A stretch of DNA of 64,000 nt from Stegostoma tigrinum (GCF_030684315.1 NC_081365.1:62054481-62118480); one strand, 5' to 3'; shown: positions 1 through 13,693, counted from the stretch's first letter. Notes: a model not told the origin generated them from the sequence alone. Numbers and translations are program-made.

Positions 1-1178
1 AGACAGAGAATCTTCAATAAAAAGAACATCTACCTTTGTTTCCAGGTGTTAAGCCTCGCATGTGCATTCCAATAAAATCTGATCCAGGTCTGCATGTCTG
101 CTGCATTAGCCATTTAGGCTTGTTGTGCAGAACACATGACAGGTTCCATGACTCTCTTCGTTGGAGAAAATTTCACAGAGTTATTCAAAATTACGAGGGG
201 ACAGGACAGAGTAGTGGGGGAGAAATTGTCCCATTTGTGAAAGCTTTAAGAACAAGGTGGCACAGATTTAAAGTAAAATAAAACAAAAGCATAATGAGAA
301 AAATAATATTTCTTGAAGAAGTGGTTAGGATCTAAAATGCCAGAAAAGGTGGCACAGGAAGGATCAATTACAACAATCAGTGGGGAATTAGGCAGTTATC
401 TGAAAAGGAAGAATGTGCAAGGTTACTGGGAGAAGGTGGGAGAGTGAAACTAAGAAAGATGTTCATTTGGAAAGTTGGTGCAGACATGATGTGGGAAATG
501 ACCTCCTTCAATGCTTTAATGATTATGTGATTGTGCCATTTTACCTTGAGTTAATGAGGCAGTCCAAAACATAATCACCTTATGAAATCTCACGTTCAGA
601 ACATTTTTTAACCAAAGAGGAAAGAGAAACTAACAAAGTATTTTTGAAGTACTTTTTTTTATTATGACAGCAGCATTACAGGCTAAAGAACATTGGCTGG
701 GTGTCATCTACAAAATCAGAATCCTGGGCAAAGAAGTGTAACAGAGCATGAGTCTTCCAGAAGAAATAAAAGAGATGGGGAGGTAGACAGAAGAAGAAAG
801 AAAAGCACAAAAAGCACAGTTAGAATTAATGTTTCAGGCTGAGTGACGCAAGGAAGGGTCACTTGACCTGAAACGTTAACTGATTTCACTCCATAAATGC
901 TGCCAGACCCGCTGAACTTTTCCAACAATTTCTATTTTTGTCTCTGATTTACAGCATCCACAGGTTTTTCGTTTTTACAAAAGTACAGTGTATGGGCGAT
1001 CAAGTTAAAGTTAGCAGGAGTGCTATAAGGTTAGAGAGGGGAGAGAAGAGGAGGTACCTGAAGAACTTCTGACTTTGGAGACAGGACACCCAGGACATCA
1101 CAGATGATGTCAGTAAAGTATGATATGTTTTACCTAAGACAAAATAAATGTGAATTTCCCCCAAAAGTCCAAAATTCA

Positions 1179-1310
<132 letters not shown>

Positions 1311-2641
1311 TCATACCAAAGATCTCAATTCCATGATATTTTAATGGGGTAGTGAAGGGGTTTGGAACTTCTCACCTCAACTGCATGTATATAATCTGTA
1401 TCACATTGGCGGAAACACCATCACCTGGAAGTTTCCTTCCAAGCCACTCAGCATTCTGTCTTTCAGTGTCACAGGGTTGAAATTCTGGAATTCCCTCTGT
1501 AACAGCATTATGACTCAAACTACAGCACATGGACTACAGCAGTTCAAGAAGGCAACTCACCATCTTCTCAAGGGCAACTAGGGAAGGGCAATAAATGCTG
1601 GGCAACTAGCAATGCTCACATACATGACAGAATTGTTAACAAAAACTCTCCATCCTATGACCATCACTTACATGGGGTTAGTCAAAAGTAATTTTATTCT
1701 CCAATCCACATTCAGTAGTTTGAAGCTCTTCTGAAAGTTGATACAGTTGACAACAATTCCAGTACCAACACGAGCACAACACTAAAAACAAAGAGATGAA
1801 ATGGGTTCTCACTGTACCAGAACTCCCATTGGGAGTCACAATTGTTCTGTTTCTCCTTGGGTAAATTATATGCCTTATCGGGTTTCCAGATTTGAATATA
1901 CCTTCCATTTAGTATTTTGCTTTCTGCTGTGACTATATTCCCTACTGAACTGCCTGAACTGCCTCTATTCCCACATCTGCCCTCATTTTTGTTTCAATCC
2001 TCTTCTGGCAGCTTTCACTTACTTTGTGCTCCTTCAGTTTCACTTCTAGGGATTCTTATCATTTTCTGGATTTGACTCCCAAATGATCTCTTCTTACTGT
2101 GTCCACCATACAGTTGAAAAAAAACTCATCAATGCCTTTGATAATCCCATGCTCAATATCTTCAAAGATCTCTTTGCTGTGGACTTTTGCCACAGTATCC
2201 TATCTTCCTGTGATAACAATTTGCCTCCACAGGTCACCTCCACAGGTTTTCCATCGCTCAACACATTGATTTCAAATCCTCATCACCTTTACAAACTGCA
2301 CTCAGTGTTATTTGGTCCTGTCATTTCCAGTTTCTCCAACCTACTGATGCTCACACCGTGACCAGCATCAACCTACCTTGTTTGAAATCTAAAAACAAAG
2401 CCTGCTGGTTAACTGACAATCGCGTTCAACTGCCACATTCTCCGTGGCAATGCCTCTCATAATCAGAGTACACTGCCATTCAGCACTCCACCAATCTTTG
2501 CCCCTTTATTGGTATTCTAATGGCTTGTCCTGATGAATATAAGACAAAAGAAAAAGTGATGAAATGTCTCTATTTTCAACAACAGAAGCTGTTATTGCTT
2601 GTTGTTAAATGATTGCGACAAAATAAATCATTCACACGGAC

Positions 2642-3085
2642 GATCTCTGGGACGGTAGGTTTAATGTACGATGAATGGCTGAGGATCCTAGGATTGTACT
2701 CATTGGAGTTTAGAAGGTTGAGGGGAGATCTAATTGAAATTTACAAGATAATATATGGCTTAGAAAGGGTGAATGCTGGGAAGTTGTTTCCGTTAGGCAG
2801 GGAGACTAGGACACGTGGACACAGCCTTAGAATTAGAGGGGGTAAATTTAAAACTGAAACGAGACGACATTTCTTCAGCCAGAGAGCGGTGGGCCTTGTG
2901 GAATTCATTGCCACGGAGCGCAGTGGAGGCAGAGATTGATAAATTCTTGATCTCACAAGGAATCAAGGATTACGGGGAGAGTGTAGGGAAGTGGAGTTGA
3001 AATGCCCATCAGCCATGATTTAAATGGGGGAGTGGACTCAATGGGCCGAATGGCCTTACTTCCACTCCTATGTCTTATGGTCTTA
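2642..3085 (+). mobile_element. CR1-clade LINE 3' end (5'-truncated)
   Basis: ORF LGLYSLEFRRLRGDLIEIYKI typical of the CR1 ORF2 C-terminus; tail gggccgaatggcct...tatgtcttatggtctta. Confidence 0.85.
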
Positions 3086-3116
3086 TTAACAAACTACGAA
3101 GGAAAGTAGTACTAAC

Positions 3117-3488
3117 CTCTGGCTGAACTGTTGTTGGTGCATGATCAATCCTGATGGCAGAAGTGAAATAATCGATATGGTGTTTATGGGAAGGTGTGAA
3201 GAATCGTTCTGCATTTCCAACATCTTCAAAACTTGGAGCAAATATTTGAAAATTCATTTTTTTTACAGTTTTGACCAGGTACCTTTCCAAGTCTTTGAAT
3301 GGAAAAATAATACTGTTTTGCTTCTTCTCACTAAGTTTGAAGACACTCTGGACAGAAGCTAACTTGTGAGAAGTTCTATGCACAATGCAGACTGAAACAA
3401 TGCACTGTTGAAACAACTCACTCTCAAGCACTGTTTTTGCTTTGAATGCATGTGACAACTGTAGAAAACATGTTCGTATTGTGAGCAT
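3117..3488 (-). CDS. GTPBP8: GTP-binding protein 8 (EngB/YihA-family GTPase), first coding exon (124 codons)
   Basis: Translation ends ...IDYFTSAIRIDHAPTTVQPE, resembling human GTPBP8 [20 protein letters not shown] (recalled). Donor GAG|gttagt after 3117. Acceptor ttcag at 3526 upstream. An in-frame TAA precedes the ATG at 3488, so the start codon is inferred. Confidence 0.88.
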
Positions 3489-3624
3489 TCTTCCAATTTG
3501 TTGCTTTATTTAATTGCAGATTAATCTGAAATGGGAAATAGCAATTTAAAATACAAAGACAGAAGAAGCATCAAACAGACTAAACATTTCACAGCAAAAT
3601 TCAGAATATGTCGAAATTGCTCAC

Positions 3625-3660
3625 CTGAAGTTGGAACGATTAGTTTTCCTTAACACAGAA
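3625..3660 (-). other. candidate 36-nt 5' leader micro-exon of GTPBP8
   Basis: Minus strand atcttttcag|TTCTG...TTCAG|gtgagc; good splice signals on both sides. Confidence 0.35.
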
Positions 3661-3780
3661 CTGAAAAGATCTCAAAGTGAATTCTGGAGGGTGGAGGTCT
3701 GCCTTTCAAAATTTAAAAAGAGAAGGAAACTGTTGAAGAGTAGTAGATTTATAGTCATGAAAGATGATGCAGCCAGGTTT

Positions 3781-3805
3781 TGTGTGTGTGTGTGTGTGTG
3801 TGTGT
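3781..3805. repeat. (TG)n microsatellite
   Basis: Directly visible. Confidence 0.95.
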
Positions 3806-4294
3806 AGTCCCCCCTTTGTTTGCCAATGTAGCCAATTTCCTGGTTAAGCAACCCTCAAACTTTGTTTTAAAATCTCATGATTCTCGATTCTACAGCTCCA
3901 GCCCAGACCACCCTGCAACTCCTGTGCAATGACCAAAAATGATGGAAAATACTCCTTATTTCTAATAGCCCACAAGGTTAACTGCATTTCACTGACAGGG
4001 CAACTGGATTGTTCTCCTTGAAGAATCTTCCATTTGTTTTACATTTTTTCCCCTTTCTTTCCCCATACCAATTTTGTTTTATAGTAAATACCAGCTACCA
4101 ATCACAGACTGCATCATAGATCTAGCATTGACTCTATTTCATGTATAGATCTAACCTGATCTCTTGGCTTCCAGGGAGCTTTAAGTTAATAAGGCCCAAA
4201 GCTGACACAGTCTCTGAGCAGCTTTCTGCATACCAAACAGCTTTCCTGCTGGTTGTCTTTCTTTTTTTTTGAAAATCAAACTGCTCAGAAATGT

Positions 4295-4381
4295 TACTGC
4301 ACACCTCTGGGGCAGTTGGGACTTGAACCCAAGCCTCCTAGGTCAGAGGTAGGGACACTACTATTGTGCCACAACAGCCCC
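4295..4381 (-). mobile_element. tRNA-derived SINE head
   Basis: Minus strand gtggcacaatagtagtgtccctacctct...gggttcaagtcc. Confidence 0.55.
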
Positions 4382-4589
4382 CAACACACTCTGACATAAC
4401 TTAGTCTCTATGGCCAATTCCCAGGTTGAAATGCAAATTAACTGGGTTTTAATTTCAAAGTTTTCCTTGATTACGGTAAACCATAAGAATAACTCATATT
4501 TCTAAGAAAATACAGAACAGTTCTTCCAGAATTACCAGCACCAAGTGCAAGCTCACTGCTGTTTAGGATTTGATTTTCTAGCTACTGAC

Positions 4590-4693
4590 CTCTTCACATA
4601 GCCCCATCATTTTAAATGCAACAAATTCCAGCTTGTTTTGATTGCATTTACTTCCATGATGTTCATCAGTTTCTCAATCAGATGCACCATTTT
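4590..4693 (-). other. candidate non-coding 5' leader exon of GTPBP8
   Basis: Minus strand ctgtag|AAAATG...GAAGAG|gtcagt; stops in all three frames. Confidence 0.45.
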
Positions 4694-5379
4694 CTACAGG
4701 TACAAGATTACTTCCTAAAACTTAAAAAAATTCTAAAACACCAACTCTGCACTAGATTTTTGCAACAGGCGCAAAATATATTTTTACTTGAAATATCAAC
4801 TCTCACATTTTCTTGAGAGAAGCTTTTTCCACTTTTGTTTTAGATCTTCAGAAGCTGTAGCATTTACTTTTTGTTCAGGGAATTGTTTATGGCATCAACA
4901 GATATAATCATTAACTGAGGAAGGAATAAAGGCATGAACTCCCAGATAGCTCAGAAGGATCGCTGGCCTACTTGTATTTCTGTGTTCCAGAGTTTGAACA
5001 GATCTGCTTTTTCTTGTTTATGAAGCATTAAGCTAATGACAGCCTTGTAGCACATCACTTGACTTTTAAAGGAGGAAGTGAGGGACAGTTATTCCAGAGA
5101 TGATATCAGAGTTAAAGCAAAGGCCATAATCCTCTCCTAATGGAAGAACAGCAGAAGCTAACCCTACACTCAGTCATTTCACAACTGCCGTAGTAAAGTA
5201 ATTTGATTAATGAGCAGGAGTAATTCTAGCCCATATCATGGTGGAAAAAATAAGTGGCAATGGGTATTCTAGGCAACAAGAAGAACATACATCCTTGTGT
5301 TTTCTATAAAAGACAGTCATACCCAATTCTGGTTGCCAACTCTCCAGGAGTGACCAGGAGTTTACACAAGTTAGAGATT

Positions 5380-5735
5380 GGAGGCGACGGCCTAGTGGTA
5401 ATATCGCTGGACTGTTAATCCAGAGACCCAGATAATGTTCTTGGGACCAGGGTTCAAATCCCGCAATTGCAGATGTTGGAATTTGAATTCAATAAATATC
5501 TGGAATTAACAATCTAATGATAACTGTGAATCTGTTGTCAATTGTCAGAAAAGCCCATCTGATTCACTAATGTCCTTTAGGGAAGGAAACTGCCATCCTT
5601 TCCTGGTCTGGTCTACATGTGATTCCAGACCCACAGCAATGTGGTTGACTTTTAACTGCCCTCTGGGCAATTAAGGATGGACAATAAATGCTGCCTGGTC
5701 AGCAACACCCTCATCCCGTGAATGAATGAATAAAG
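5380..5735 (+). mobile_element. tRNA-derived SINE with LINE-derived tail
   Basis: ggcctagtgg A box, ggttcaaatcc B box, tail gggcaattaaggatggacaataaatgc...(tgaa)n; degenerate copy at ~54985-55250. Confidence 0.75.
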
Positions 5736-6289
5736 AATTAATCTCCTTTACATTGCTCTTGACCAAACTGGAAGAGAAAGCAAAAAAACAAAAAAAAAAT
5801 CACTGACCAAAGGAAAGTTCTCTGTATTTATTACAGTACTAAGAAAAAAGAACAGATTGTTCTGAGAATGTATCTCCAAGGCACCACATATTACTGCAGC
5901 ACTGTCATGATCCAAGTAACAGCATCAGTGCACCAGCCACATGGACAGCTGATAGAAATACTGTATATTCAATGAACCTCCAGCAACGAGGCCAAAGAGT
6001 GATTGTTTCCAATGTACAGGAACCCGAAGGCTTAATACGGCAGCAACGGCTGTCTGTGAGCAAAAATATAAACATTTTAAATAAATGTAATGCTGAATTA
6101 AATTTAAAAATTAACTTATATGTCAGAGAGAGAAAGAGAATGTGGAGTGAATCATGGAAAATCAATGAGTGCTGCAGCATTGAACTCACAGATCCATGAT
6201 GGAATGGGAGGCTGGTGATGCTGTCAAAGATTTGGGAAGTTTAAACAAAATTCTGACATTCAGTCGGTTGCTACAGGGCATGAATGAAG

Positions 6290-6660
6290 AGGAAAAGTTC
6301 AGTGGCGTCATATGTGGACAGGTGGGCAAGGGTTTAATTTGTTTAATAGCTGGAAGTTGAGTGAATCTGACAGCAAAACTTCAGACAACAGTTTTGAAAA
6401 ATTCAGCGCACACATTCCAGTCAAAATCAAATGATAGGAGCTACCTATATAAATTTCAAAGACCAAAGCAGGAACCAGCTGAGCCTTTTGGCCATTTCTT
6501 AACAAACTGATAAATGCAGCCAGAAGGCAGAAATTCAAGGACATAAATGAAAGACAACTAGATCAGCTGATTGAAGATAGTTCCTACTATCTCTAGATAA
6601 GCTGATTTTGGGCTTTGTACATTGGAAAATGCAATACCTCAGATCAGAAAGAACAAGGTC
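6290..6660 (+). mobile_element. possible Gypsy gag remnant
   Basis: Frameshifted GFNLFNSWKLSE...FEKFSAHI...INERQLDQLI resembles Gypsy gag (recall only). Confidence 0.35.
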
Positions 6661-8257
6661 ACAACATCACAAATTGCAGGCATTAACAGAGCACACAAAG
6701 TCATGAGAGGGCAGGTAAACATACTGCGTATCCAAACAATTAACTTTCAGTGACATCAAGAGTAACTCAGCAGGGTGAATGCAGTGAAATACAAGCAAAT
6801 ACAGCACACCTGGAAAAGAGAAAGATGTGCAGTAGCTGCAGACAACCACAAGCTCGGTCTGAGGAACTGACTCACATGAATTAAACTGCAGAATTTGTAC
6901 AAAACCAAGTTGTTGCGAAAACATACTGTAATGAATTATCCAAGACAGCCTTTCTAAGAAATCATGAAAGTTCAGCAAAATGACTCAACAAGCTTCCTGG
7001 AGAGGTATTTGCTGCTTTGTTATTGATTTGAGTTTTTAAGACTTACAGGAGGGGAAGTCAGGGGCGAGATGTAGGTGGCAATTCAGAAGAAAAGATCCAC
7101 ATTTGCAGATATGCTGTTTAGCAGCTTAAGAGTAGGCAAAGCCTTTTTGCTTAGTTCTCAGTGAGTTAACCTGGTCGCTGGGCACTTTGGGCAGAGGACT
7201 GTAATCGAGATAATCACATCTGGTGAATGTGCAGAAAGTCATGGAAAGAAAACACATGTAACCTTATCAGTTCAGTGAGAAATTTTGAAATGAAGATAGC
7301 AGTTATATTTCACTAGGCTTAAGTTATAGTTTATTAATGTCAGCATTTTCTTCAGTAATCAAAGATCTGGGCAATAGTGAGAATAAGGATAGCATCCAGC
7401 ATTCTCTCAAGATGACCTTCTTCACAAATGTGGTGGGAATGCCTGAGATATTAAAAATGCTAGGAATATCTTGTTTTTCAATTGGACCTGGGGTCAGTAG
7501 TGGGTCAGTCATGTTTAGGTCCGTGACATTCACATCGTAAGGAACTCCAGTACATTTGCAATCTCACTGCATAACATTCCTGCCTTTTCTTGATGTCCTG
7601 GAGTGGGTCTCCTTGCACGAGATGTTCCCTGAGATTTCATGACACACAGGGTCTGGCATTCAATGGCACTATCTGACTCTCTGTCACATGAACCACTGCT
7701 AGCTTATACTTTAGGTCTGGTTACATTACTGGGTGTGCTGCTATTCTCATACTGTAAATGAGGCTTTTGGCACTAAGCATCTCCCTTCTGTGAACATCTT
7801 CTGAGGTTGCCTTGAGCTACAAGGTCAATTACAACAATCAGCTTGAACATGTTTGATGATTGTGGGATTGAAGATCATAGACACCTTATTTCTCATTTTA
7901 GTCCTTTAGCCATGTGGTTCTGGAATGGTTTACTCTAAGAGGATGCAATCTCAAAAGCGTGGTTAGGCTTGAGTGATGCTCAGCTATCTAATCATTAACT
8001 TCGCCAACAGCTTCAGAGCACACAAATTAGAAGCGGAGGCCATTTGACTCCTTGTACCTGCTCCACCAATCAATGGGATCATGGCTGTTCTGACTGGAAC
8101 CTCAACTCCACATTCCCACCTATTTCCAGCAACCTTTGACTCATTAGTCAAGAATCTATGTGACCAAAAACAAAGGGGATGCAGAAATTAGTCTGTTGAC
8201 GGATGTGGGTTTCTCTTGTATGCAGAAACCAGGTCTAGAGGGCACTCAAGCCAATCT

Positions 8258-8613
8258 TAGAATCAGAGAATTCCTACAGTGTAGGAGCTGGCCATTTGGC
8301 CCAATTAAATCCACACCAACCCTCTGAACAGCAACTCATCCATACCCACAAACCTACCTACCCTTTTCCTGTAACCCTGCATTTCCCATGGCTAATCCCC
8401 TTAGAATGAATATCCCTGGACACCACAAGGCAATTTAACATGACCAATTGTACATCTTTGGGTTGTGGGAGGAAACTGGAGCATTCGGAGGAAAGCCAAG
8501 CAAATGTGAGGAGAATTTGCAAACTGCACCTGGCCAGTCAACCAAAGCTGGAATTGAACCCAGACTCCTTGTGCTGTAAGGAAGCAGTGCTAACCGCTGA
8601 GCCAATGTGACAC
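8258..8613 (-). mobile_element. tRNA-derived SINE (HE1-like)
   Basis: Minus strand tggctcagcggttagc (A box) and ggttcaattcc (B box), central ggtttcctccc and a CR1-like tail. Confidence 0.75.
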
Positions 8614-8689
8614 TTTTATTTGCTCTCAATGTTCTAAACTGGGACTCAACCTTATCTGGTAGGAGTGGCAACCCTGGCAACAATAAAAC

Positions 8690-8785
8690 TGGGATAACAC
8701 GGTGTGAAGCTGGGTGAACACAGCAGGCCAAGCAGCACAGGTGCAGGAAAGTTGACGTTTCGGGTCGAGACCATTCTTCAGAAAA
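8690..8785 (-). mobile_element. PLE terminus fragment
   Basis: Reverse complement of the ctgaagaa...cccgaaacgtc...gctgtgttcacccagc terminus; a plus-strand copy lies at ~9590-9685. Confidence 0.7.
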
Positions 8786-9089
8786 TAAAATCATGTTTGG
8801 TGCCTAACATTTGGAATTCTGCTGACTAAAACAAATGTAACGTTGGGAGAAAGAAGCCTGATGTAATGCGTAAAGGCACCAGTCAACAACTAGTTATTCC
8901 ACTGACTCAAAACATATGCAGTTTTTAAAAAAGTTATCTTAAGCATACAAAAAAAACATACAAAATCCCGGAATCCAGCACTCAGCAGCCAACCTTCACT
9001 GTCTGCTCACAACCTTGACTCTGCCTCCATCAAACCCCAAATCCTGGCTCCACCCCCACAACATTGATCACGCCCACAAAACTCTCCGA

Positions 9090-9510
9090 CCCATGCAAAG
9101 ACCCCGCCCACCAGCCATGGCCACGCCCCTTCCAACAGGCTCCGCCCCCTCCAGTCATGGCCCCGCCTTCAAAGCCAAGGCTCTGCACCATTCTCCCCGA
9201 CAGCCCGCTCGGCGCCCTCCGCCGTTACCGTCAGCAAGCGACAGGCTGCGTGGAGCAGCCGTCATTCCTCAAAGTACAATCGACCTGCCCCTCTCTGTCT
9301 CCCCGCTGGGGTCTCAATCACAGGGCTTATTCTCTTTGGGGCGGCTGCCCGAGGTCCCGGGAGTTCTTCCGTCGGCCGGAGTTACGGCGCTGCCTGGTCC
9401 GCGGGACTTGAGTGTCCCCCAGGAAACAAGGAGTAAGAGTAGCAGGGCCGGAGAAAACTTCACATAGCTCTGAATCCTCATTGAGCAGGGCATCGCTCAA
9501 AACCGCAGGG
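9090..9510 (-). promoter_or_regulatory. CpG island; probable GTPBP8 promoter and first exon (donor after 9229)
   Basis: Local GC/CpG enrichment with several ccgccc GC boxes; minus-strand donor GACG|gtaacg at 9229/9228. Confidence 0.6.
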
Positions 9511-10194
9511 AGGCTGGGCTCATCCTAAATGACTGAAACTAACGAGATGATATTGTTCTTTTTCTGATTGAGAATCTTACTTTCAGATTTTCTGATGGAG
9601 GGTCTAGGCCCGAAACGTCAGCTTTCCTGCTCCTAAGATGCTGCTTGGTCTGCTGTGTTCATCCAGCTCTACACATTGTTATTTCGAGTTGATATTGTTG
9701 CTTGTTGTACCATCAGTTTTCATATGTTTACAATAAATTCCTTTGTCTTAAATGGTGTGCCGGAGATTTGACTAGTTTAAAACGAATTTGACATATCAAA
9801 GACATGAGTGAAATGTACACCATACTTAAAAGTTAAAAGATCACACTTATTCTGAAAGCAGCTTGGAATAATAGGAGAATAGATCTGGTGTATTGACTCT
9901 TCTGGGTCAAGCCATTCCCTGGAAAAGAATGGTTTAAACTCCACAGATTCTTTGACATTGCATTGGAGTAGTAATATTGAACTCTCACAAGAAGCATTGC
10001 AGAACGAATGGTCGTGGCCAAATATTTCATGCTTTGTTAAAACTTTTATTTATGGAAATCATCATGACTATTCCCAAGTAATATAAAACAAGGGAAAACA
10101 ATATTTATTCTGTATGAGAGGAAAGTGGTTAGCAAGTTGGCTGTATTGGTCAAGGCATTTCCCTGAGGAATTAACCAAAGAATGGATGTGACCT

Positions 10195-10755
10195 ACTTTC
10201 TCGCACTAGGCCCATAGCCTTAAAACTTATGACATTTCAAGTGCTTGTCCAAATGCTTCTTAAAGGTTGTGAGGTCACCCACATTAATCACCCACCCTTG
10301 TAGCGCTTTCCAGATCTCCACCACACTCTGGGTGATTTTTTTCCCTCAAATCACATCAAAAGTTTATGCCCTTCACCTTAAAAGTATGCCCCTTGTCATG
10401 GACCCTTTGACTAAGCTGCTTTCCATTATTTCTGTCCATGCCTCTCATAATCTTATACACCTTTATCTGGTAACTTCCCCCAGCCGCTGCCCAAACTTCA
10501 TTGCATCAAAGTAAACAACCCAATCTTATTCAGCATCTCGTCATAGATAAAGTGCTTCGTCCCAGGCAACATCCTGGTGAATCTCCCCTGCATCCCTTCC
10601 AGTGCAATCACATCCTATAGTGTGAAAACTAGAACTACAAACAGTACTCCAGTTGTGGTCCAATCAAAGACCTGTACAGTTCCAGCATAACCTCTCTGCT
10701 CTTATATTAGAGGCAAGTGTCCAATATGCCTTCTTAACTACCCTATTAACCTGCT
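10195..10755 (-). mobile_element. CR1 LINE 3' fragment
   Basis: cccaggcaacatcctggtgaatctc...gaactacaaacagtactcc; related to 55900-56395. Confidence 0.65.
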
Positions 10756-11239
10756 ATGTACATGTTCTTTCTGACTACAATCCTTTCTGGTTGCTCACAA
10801 CAATCGAAGTACTGTCCATACCCAGCATTTCCTCGGAGTTGTAGGAGCAAATTACTGCAGATGCTGGAATCTGTCCTGCAAACAGCCAATGCTGGAAATC
10901 ACAGCAGGTCAGACAGCATACATGTGGAGACAGCAAACTGATGGAACTGCCCTAAGGTGGATTGTGAAGTGCTTGTGCCCTCTGCCAATGTAGCATTGGC
11001 ATCTAAGGCAGATTTGAACAAGCAAATGGCATGTTGGGATCACACAAGTACTCATGTTGGAAGTTCCAGGCATCTAGTTTCTATTGGTGGGAGGGGGCAG
11101 GGGCGGGGCGTGGGGTCATTTCTGTGTGAGAACATGAGCCTGCTTATTAATGATGTGATATGAATTTGTTCTTAGTGTGATAACAGGCGATAATCCTGTT
11201 AATAGGCCTCTTGTCACTCACAGGCAAGAATCCTGACTC

Positions 11240-11614
11240 CCCTCCCCCGACCTTGTCTCAAGACCAGCACCGCCTCTCGACCCGCCTCCTTAACCTGTTC
11301 ATCTTTCCCCCCACCTATCTGACCCTCTCTCCTCACTGACCAACTCCCTACCTAAACTCACCTTTACTCGCTTCATCTCCGTTTCCTTGACCTGTCTGTC
11401 TTCTCTAACACCTATCTGCTCCACTATCCACCTTGATCACTGCCTCCCCCCATCTATTTATTTCAGAGCCCCCTTCCACTTTCCATTTCTGAAGAAGGGT
11501 CCAGACCTGAAACGTCAGCTTTCCTGCTCCTCTGATGCTGCCTGGCCTGCTGTGTTCATCCAGCTCCACACTGTGTTATCTCAGACTCCGGCATCGGCAG
11601 TTCCTACTATCTCA
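11240..11614 (+). mobile_element. PLE 3' end with complete terminus
   Basis: Similar to 25850-26233; ends ...gcatcggcagttcctactatctc. Confidence 0.75.
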
Positions 11615-13488
11615 TGGTGGAAAATGTGACGTTTTCATCTCAATGTCAAGAAGGACTTTGCATCCATACAGTTTGAAAAGGAGAATTGCAAACTAGCGAC
11701 CAAGATTCTAGATTTAGTAAAGACTGAAATTTGTATGATCAGTCTGAACGTGCTAACAGTAAGATGGGCAAGTGTATTCATTGGAAAAACATCATGAGAT
11801 TGATGGGAATTATTTGAAATAAAATTAAATACCAGGGTCCGAATAATGGTGCAGAGGGCAGGGATGAGGTAAGTGAAAGGCTTTGAGTGGACATGGTACA
11901 CAGTTGTAATCCATGAACTTTGATGTGAGGTATGCTCAATGGTACAGTCAGTGTGAGCAACAGTCCTTTGAGTGTTAAATAGCAAGGAGAAGATGGGGAC
12001 ACTTACGCTTGCAGACCACAGAAGATCATTTACCTTCATCCTGCACAGTTGGGCATTTCAAGGGACACAGTACAGACCCAGGCTACAATTTGTGAGCAGG
12101 CTGCCATGGTCTAATAGTGTGGACTCCTGTGGCCTTGGAATGGAAAACTGACCATCCTCCTCTCCAAGTGACATGAAGTGACAAGTAAGCCTTCCTTGCC
12201 TCCAGGCAATGTCCTGAATCTGGAGGCTCAAGTGTATAGGGTCTTTTCTGGCTTGCAGCATTTGAAGTAGTGGGCAGCTGGGCTTTAAATATGTGGCCAG
12301 AGGCAAGAAAACTGGAAGGTCTCAGCAGCAGTGAGCGCTCCTGCCCCTGAGGCTGAACAAAAGGCACACAAAAGCCTGGTTGCATATATGAGGTGAACAG
12401 TGAAAGGGAATGTGAGGTAGATCGCTCTGAGCCATGGCAAACACAGGTGTAATGAATTCCACTCAACAAAACACCGAGAATGGGTAAGTTCTGCTAACAG
12501 TGTTTGCAGAAACAGCATCCTCATAATATTTAAAGGCTATAAGATTTTTTCTCGTCATAACCATAGTGTTCATGATCTAAGTATTTTTATGTGTGGAGCT
12601 AAGGTGGTTTGTTCCGATTTAGATCATTTCCAGCAGCATGTTTTTATCAATTTAAAAATAAAGAAGAGAATTTGTTATCATCCATGTGCCTCAGACATTT
12701 TAATGAAATGTCTCATACGGTATCATAGGAGAATTAGCTGCTGAGAAGAAAAATGTACAATTTCAAGCTGTATTGATTTCAATCTCTTCAATAGCAAGCT
12801 TTAGCTGAATTAATGTTTTAGTTGAGTTGAAGGTCTGGTAAAAGCAGAGTATTCTTAGTAAACTGCGACATTTCTCGTGGTAGAATTGCTGAGAGGTTAA
12901 TACTCAAGTGAGTTTGCTTCAAAGTCTTCCTTTCAAATGAGGCAATAGGTTGGCCTTACACTTTCAGTGTTGATCCTTTCACAGTTTTGGAGACAGTAAA
13001 ATTCTTTGTGTTTGAGATAAGGACCCATCACAATACGATGAAAGTACACAATACACTGTGACTTATTTTGTAATTGTCTAACACTCATTGAGTTTCAATT
13101 TCACTATTGTCTTAGGTGAAATGAGATGGCTGGAGTATTGTAATCCTACCTGTTTACAGCTCATCCTTAACAAAAAGGCTTGTGAATTTCACAAGTAGTT
13201 GGGAATTGCTCATTATTAATGAAATATTTTCTTGATTTTTTTTTCAGGTCTTGCCTGGAGCTGATACTGCCAAAGTCACATGCCATGTTGGCAGCCATTG
13301 TAAAAGTTGTTGTGTCCATTTTAAAAATAGATTTTAAAAATAATGTAACACTTCACGCCTGCACTGGACATGGCATTATAAATATACAAATGATAAGAAG
13401 TCATAGAAATATGACAATGATTGTGTCCCAATTGGCAGCTCTGCCTTTCTGTCATTTCTGTCGAGCTGCAACGAGTTGATATTTTAGA

Positions 13489-13693
13489 CGTAGTAGGAAC
13501 TGCCGATGCTGGAGAATCTGAGATAACAAGGTGTAGAGCTGGATGAACAGAACAGGCCAAGCAGCATCAGGGGAGCAGGAAGGCTGATGTTTCGGGTCTA
13601 GAACCTTCTTTCTAGGTCTGAAATGTCAGCTTTCTTGCTCCTCTGATGCTGCTTGGCCTGCTGTGTTCATCCAGCTCCACACCTTATTATCTC
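13489..13693. mobile_element. fold-back PLE-terminus insertion
   Basis: Inverted arms; flanks tgatattttaga / tgatcttttaga (11/12 identical). Confidence 0.8.

Noticed and set aside
1678-1940. Possible additional GTPBP8 exon (minus-strand ORF with a gtgaga donor)
   Set aside because: Lies between two exons that already join seamlessly (QPE|VCF); no good acceptor; no homology recognised.
9015-9467. 150-aa and 115-aa plus-strand ORFs
   Set aside because: CpG-island composition; non-ATG starts; no recognisable protein.
11780-12520. Cluster of minus-strand ORFs; possible decayed DNA transposon
   Set aside because: No motif I could identify with confidence.
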